Below, one piece after another: positions 60,424 to 64,000 of a DNA stretch of 64,000 nt (position 1 is the stretch's first letter; every line of letters begins with the position of its first letter). Under the pieces are notes generated by a model. It worked only from the letters and a program-made list of their open reading frames with translations. It did not search any database and had not been told where the DNA came from. A program made the translations under genes and the position numbers. The DNA lies in the NCBI GenBank assembly GCA_963729715.1, contig CAVSPA010000006.1, forward strand, positions 288,001 to 352,000. The letters run 5' to 3'. The stretch comes from an uncultured delta proteobacterium (GTDB taxonomy: Bacteria > Desulfobacterota > Syntrophia > Syntrophales > UBA2185).

Positions 60424-63204
60424 ATGGACTATAAAGATACATTGAATCTGCCAAAAACTAGCTTTCCCATGAAGGCTAATCTTTCCCGGAAGGAACCGGA
60501 ATTGCTCAAGATGTGGGAGGATATGAACATCTATGAAAAGACCAGACAGTCCTCGAAGGGACGAAAGAAGTATATCCTTCATGACGGGCCTCCTTATGCA
60601 AACGGGAACATCCATCTCGGTACGGCGCTGAATAAGGTAATTAAGGACATGGTGATTAAATCGAAGAATATGTCCGGTTTCGACAGTGTTTACGTTCCCG
60701 GCTGGGACTGTCACGGTCTTCCCATAGAGCATCAGGTGGAGAAAGAACTGGGGGCAAAAAAGAGTGAGATGTCCCATGCTGATATAAGGAGGTTCTGCAG
60801 GGCGTTTGCAAACAGATATGTGGATATCCAGAGGGAGCAGTTCAAGCGGCTCGGGGTCTTTGGAGAATGGGAGAACCCCTACCTCACCATGTCTTACGAC
60901 TATGAAGCGGCGACTGTTGAGGAATTCGGGAAGCTCTATTTCAGCGGTGACGTCTACAGGGGGAAGAAGCCCGTATACTGGTGCGCTTCCTGCAAGACTG
61001 CCTTGGCGGAGGCTGAAGTCGAATACATGGATCATACGACGCCGTCCATTTATGTAAAATTCGTGATGATCTCGGATATATCTAAGGTCCGGCCGAAACT
61101 GGCCGGAGAAAAAGTCAGCGTCGTAATATGGACGACGACCCCCTGGACCATACCACCTAACCAGGCAATCGCCGTGCATGAGGAGTTCGTCTATGCGGCA
61201 GTCAAAGTGAATGATGAGACTCTGATACTTGCCAAGGATCTTCTGGACTATTGCATGGATGCCTTTGGCTACAAGAGTTACAGGACAATCGACGAATTTC
61301 CGGGATCGGTGCTGGAAGGCTTGAAGGCTAAGCATCCTCTGGTCGACCGCGAGAGCCTCCTGATCCTGGCTCCATTTGTCACCCTTGACGCTGGTACAGG
61401 CTGTGTGCATATCGCACCCGGGCATGGCCAGGAAGATTACGAAATAGGCGTGAAGTACGGTCTCGACAATTACGCCCCCGTTGACGATGACGGCAGATAC
61501 ACTCCGGACGTCAAGGATTTTGCCGGGCAGTTTGTCTTCGATGCCAACGAATCGGTCATTAAGAAATTGGCCGAGGTAGGTGCCCTGCTTGGCCGTGTTG
61601 ACATAGAGCACACCTATCCTCACTGCTGGCGGTGCAAGAATCCCATCATTTTTAGATCCACGGAACAATGGTTCATATCCATGGAGAAGAATAACCTGAG
61701 GCAGAAAACCCTCGAAGCTATCGAAGCCGTAGAGTGGCTGCCGGCGTGGGGTCGTGACAGGATATCCGGAATGATAGGAAATCGTCCCGACTGGTGTATC
61801 TCCCGGCAGAGATTATGGGGGGTGCCCATTACCATGTTTTTCTGCATCCATTGCAAGAGCGACCTCATGACTAAGGACATTATCGGTCACGTCGTGAAGC
61901 TGGTCAATGAATATGGCGCGGATGTGTGGTTTGAGAGAGATACGAAAGACCTGCTGCCTGCCGGAACGGTCTGCCCCGTATGCCAGAGAGACCAATTTGC
62001 AAAGGAGACGGATATACTCGATGTGTGGTTTGATTCCGGTGTGAGTCATGCCGCGGTGCTCGAAAAGCGACCTTACCTCGGCTCCCCGGCGGATATGTAC
62101 CTCGAGGGCAGCGACCAGCACAGGGGGTGGTTCCATTCCTCACTGCTCGAGTCTGTGGGAACGAGGGGACGCGCCCCCTACAGGACAGTGCTGACACACG
62201 GTTTCGTCGTCGACGGCGAGGGAAAGAAGATGTCCAAATCCATGGGCAACGTCGTAGACCCGGAGGAGATCATCGATAAGCATGGCGTTGAGATATTGAG
62301 ACTGTGGGTAGCAGCAGAAGATTATACACAGGACATAAGGATTTCCGGCGAAATCCTTGAACGCCTCGTAGAGGCCTACAGGCGCATTCGCAATACCAGT
62401 CGCTTCATTCTGGGAAATCTGTATGATTTTGACCGAACTAAAATGGTATCGTATCAGGATATGGAAGAAATCGACCGGTGGGCCCTGCACAGGCTCCAGG
62501 AAATTATCGAGCGCGTCAGGGCGGCCTACAATCAGTATCAATTTCATCATGCATTCTTTACTCTTCATAATTTCTGTACTGTTGACCTGAGCGCCCTTTA
62601 TCTGGATGTCCTGAAAGACAGACTCTATACATCCAGGGCGGGATCACGGCAGCGACGATCTGCGCAAAGCGCCATGCTCGTAATCCTTGATGCCATGACA
62701 CGCCTGCTTGCCCCCATACTTTCCTTCACTGCGGAAGAAATATGGCTGTCTTTGCCTCCTCATCAGGGCAAGGAAATGAGCGTTCATCTTACTCAATTCC
62801 CCGAAGTGAATCCGGAATATGTAAATGCGGATCTGGCCCAGAGTTGGAATAAGATGATCGCCGTTAAAGGGGAGATATCGAAGGCAATTGAGACAGCAAG
62901 GAAGAATAAGGTTGTCGGCCACTCCCTCGATGCCGGTGTGGATATCTCAGCATCAGGTGAGCTCCGCACTTTTTTGGAGACGCATCTTGAAGACTTGAAA
63001 GCACTGCTGATCATCTCCCAGATCGGTATTGTAGAAAAGGAGAGCATCAAAAGCCCTTACGTGAGCCCTGAATTTGCGGGTCTGACAATCGGGGTGAGAA
63101 AGACAAGGGGAAAGAAATGTGACCGATGCTGGGTGTACAGCGAGACAGTGGGCGTTAACGATGAACATCCGACTATCTGTGAAAGGTGTGTAGCGAACCT
63201 CTAA
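60424..63204 (+). CDS. ileS: Isoleucine--tRNA ligase (type 1)
   Basis: [29 protein letters not shown]-terminal Zn finger CDRCW...CERC. Confidence 0.98.
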   Translation: MDYKDTLNLPKTSFPMKANLSRKEPELLKMWEDMNIYEKTRQSSKGRKKYILHDGPPYANGNIHLGTALNKVIKDMVIKSKNMSGFDSVYVPGWDCHGLPIEHQVEKELGAKKSEMSHADIRRFCRAFANRYVDIQREQFKRLGVFGEWENPYLTMSYDYEAATVEEFGKLYFSGDVYRGKKPVYWCASCKTALAEAEVEYMDHTTPSIYVKFVMISDISKVRPKLAGEKVSVVIWTTTPWTIPPNQAIAVHEEFVYAAVKVNDETLILAKDLLDYCMDAFGYKSYRTIDEFPGSVLEGLKAKHPLVDRESLLILAPFVTLDAGTGCVHIAPGHGQEDYEIGVKYGLDNYAPVDDDGRYTPDVKDFAGQFVFDANESVIKKLAEVGALLGRVDIEHTYPHCWRCKNPIIFRSTEQWFISMEKNNLRQKTLEAIEAVEWLPAWGRDRISGMIGNRPDWCISRQRLWGVPITMFFCIHCKSDLMTKDIIGHVVKLVNEYGADVWFERDTKDLLPAGTVCPVCQRDQFAKETDILDVWFDSGVSHAAVLEKRPYLGSPADMYLEGSDQHRGWFHSSLLESVGTRGRAPYRTVLTHGFVVDGEGKKMSKSMGNVVDPEEIIDKHGVEILRLWVAAEDYTQDIRISGEILERLVEAYRRIRNTSRFILGNLYDFDRTKMVSYQDMEEIDRWALHRLQEIIERVRAAYNQYQFHHAFFTLHNFCTVDLSALYLDVLKDRLYTSRAGSRQRRSAQSAMLVILDAMTRLLAPILSFTAEEIWLSLPPHQGKEMSVHLTQFPEVNPEYVNADLAQSWNKMIAVKGEISKAIETARKNKVVGHSLDAGVDISASGELRTFLETHLEDLKALLIISQIGIVEKESIKSPYVSPEFAGLTIGVRKTRGKKCDRCWVYSETVGVNDEHPTICERCVANL

Positions 63205-63276
63205 GAACTATATCCCCTCTCAGTCTGTTTGTTTTCACGGGGACGTACGCAGAGGGAAGTTTCATGGAGAGATTAT

Positions 63277-63771
63277 TTGAAAAGAAAGTATCTCATTCTC
63301 TCAGCCACAGTAGCGACCGTGGTGCTTCTCGACTTCATCACCAAGGTCTACATCGACTCGCACATGTCCCTTCATGAATCGGTTGTGGTCATAGGGGGGG
63401 TTTTGAACATTACGTACGTCAGGAATCCGGGAGCGGCCTTCAGTTTTCTTGCCAGCACCTCACCGGGTTTTCGGTCCGTCTTCTTCCTCGTGGTAACGGT
63501 CTTGGCCATAATACTCGTTCTCTACTATATCGCTAGGAGCAAGACCGGAGAACCGTTCATGATTTTTGCCCTTTCCCTGATTCTGTCCGGTGCCCTGGGG
63601 AATTTTATCGACAGGGTGCGTCTGGGAGAGGTGATTGATTTCATCGATGTACATTTAAGCGCCTACCACTGGCCAGCCTTTAATGTTGCTGATTCGGCCA
63701 TAACCGTTGGAGCCTTCATTATGCTTTTTGCATTGTTTAAACGCCCAAAGGAGCATGAGAATAGCCCATGA
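63277..63771 (+). CDS. lspA: Lipoprotein signal peptidase II
   Basis: NPGAAFS, GALGNFIDR, VIDFI, WPAFNVADS; likely TTG start at 63277. Confidence 0.95.
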   Translation: MKRKYLILSATVATVVLLDFITKVYIDSHMSLHESVVVIGGVLNITYVRNPGAAFSFLASTSPGFRSVFFLVVTVLAIILVLYYIARSKTGEPFMIFALSLILSGALGNFIDRVRLGEVIDFIDVHLSAYHWPAFNVADSAITVGAFIMLFALFKRPKEHENSP

Positions 63772-64000
63772 AGCGGTTTATATCGAAGCTGTTATCTCCC
63801 CAGAGGTTTTTCATCATCAGTTTCGCCTCGCTGATATTTATAGGGGCCGTTCTCCTTTGGCTGCCTTATTCCGCTACAGGCAGACAAATAAATTTTATTG
63901 ACGCCCTCTTCACGTCTGCGTCGGCGGTTTGTGTTACGGGTCTCACCGCATTGGACATCGGCAAGGATCTATCTTTAAGCGGGCAGATTGTGACCCTGTG
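63768..64000 (+). CDS. TrkH/KtrB-family potassium uptake membrane protein (5' part, runs off the window)
   Basis: Not in the ORF track; reads MKRFISKLLSPQRFFIISFASLIFIGAVLLWLP...FIDALFTSASAVCVTGL. Confidence 0.9.
   Translation, partial: MKRFISKLLSPQRFFIISFASLIFIGAVLLWLPYSATGRQINFIDALFTSASAVCVTGLTALDIGKDLSLSGQIVTL

Noticed and set aside
60400..61668. 422-aa antisense ORF (also 44993..46105, 20714..21403 and similar)
   Set aside because: Shadow ORFs on the strand opposite well-supported genes, with no recognisable motifs

Overview
Bacterial chromosomal window. Gene content (EFR1 ferredoxin, multi-PAS hybrid kinases, porin type) suggests a Desulfobacterota/Syntrophales-like anaerobe, which is an inference. 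1-20 kb is a mixed accessory region: acyl-CoA dehydrogenase, a sigma54-preceded motB-motA pair, an FN3-like repeat surface protein, a frameshifted giant PAS kinase with an attenuator-like leader, and a TRAP transporter. About 20.5-58.1 kb is a large phosphate/polyphosphate island running from phoB to phoR: porin, two pstS, pstCAB-phoU, PiT, ppk1, two ppk2-family genes, ppx, phoH2, and HD/metallophosphoesterase/CYTH-CHAD. It is followed by groES-groEL, ileS, lspA and a partial trkH. Five promoters share one architecture read directly from the sequence: four TT(A/C)A(C/T)A-like hexamers at an 11-bp period, then a TAnnnT -10 starting 15 bp after the start of the last hexamer, i.e. a probable Pho box. 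One of them drives an uncharacterised operon: a glutamine-synthetase/gamma-glutamylcysteine-ligase-like 818-aa protein, a phosphatidylserine-decarboxylase-like enzyme and an Lgt-like diacylglyceryl transferase. This is the best candidate for an undescribed system, hypothesised to make a phosphorus-free amino/peptido-lipid under phosphate starvation. Another drives a HAD + menorin/GDPD-like fusion. All assignments are by motif recognition only; no searches were run.
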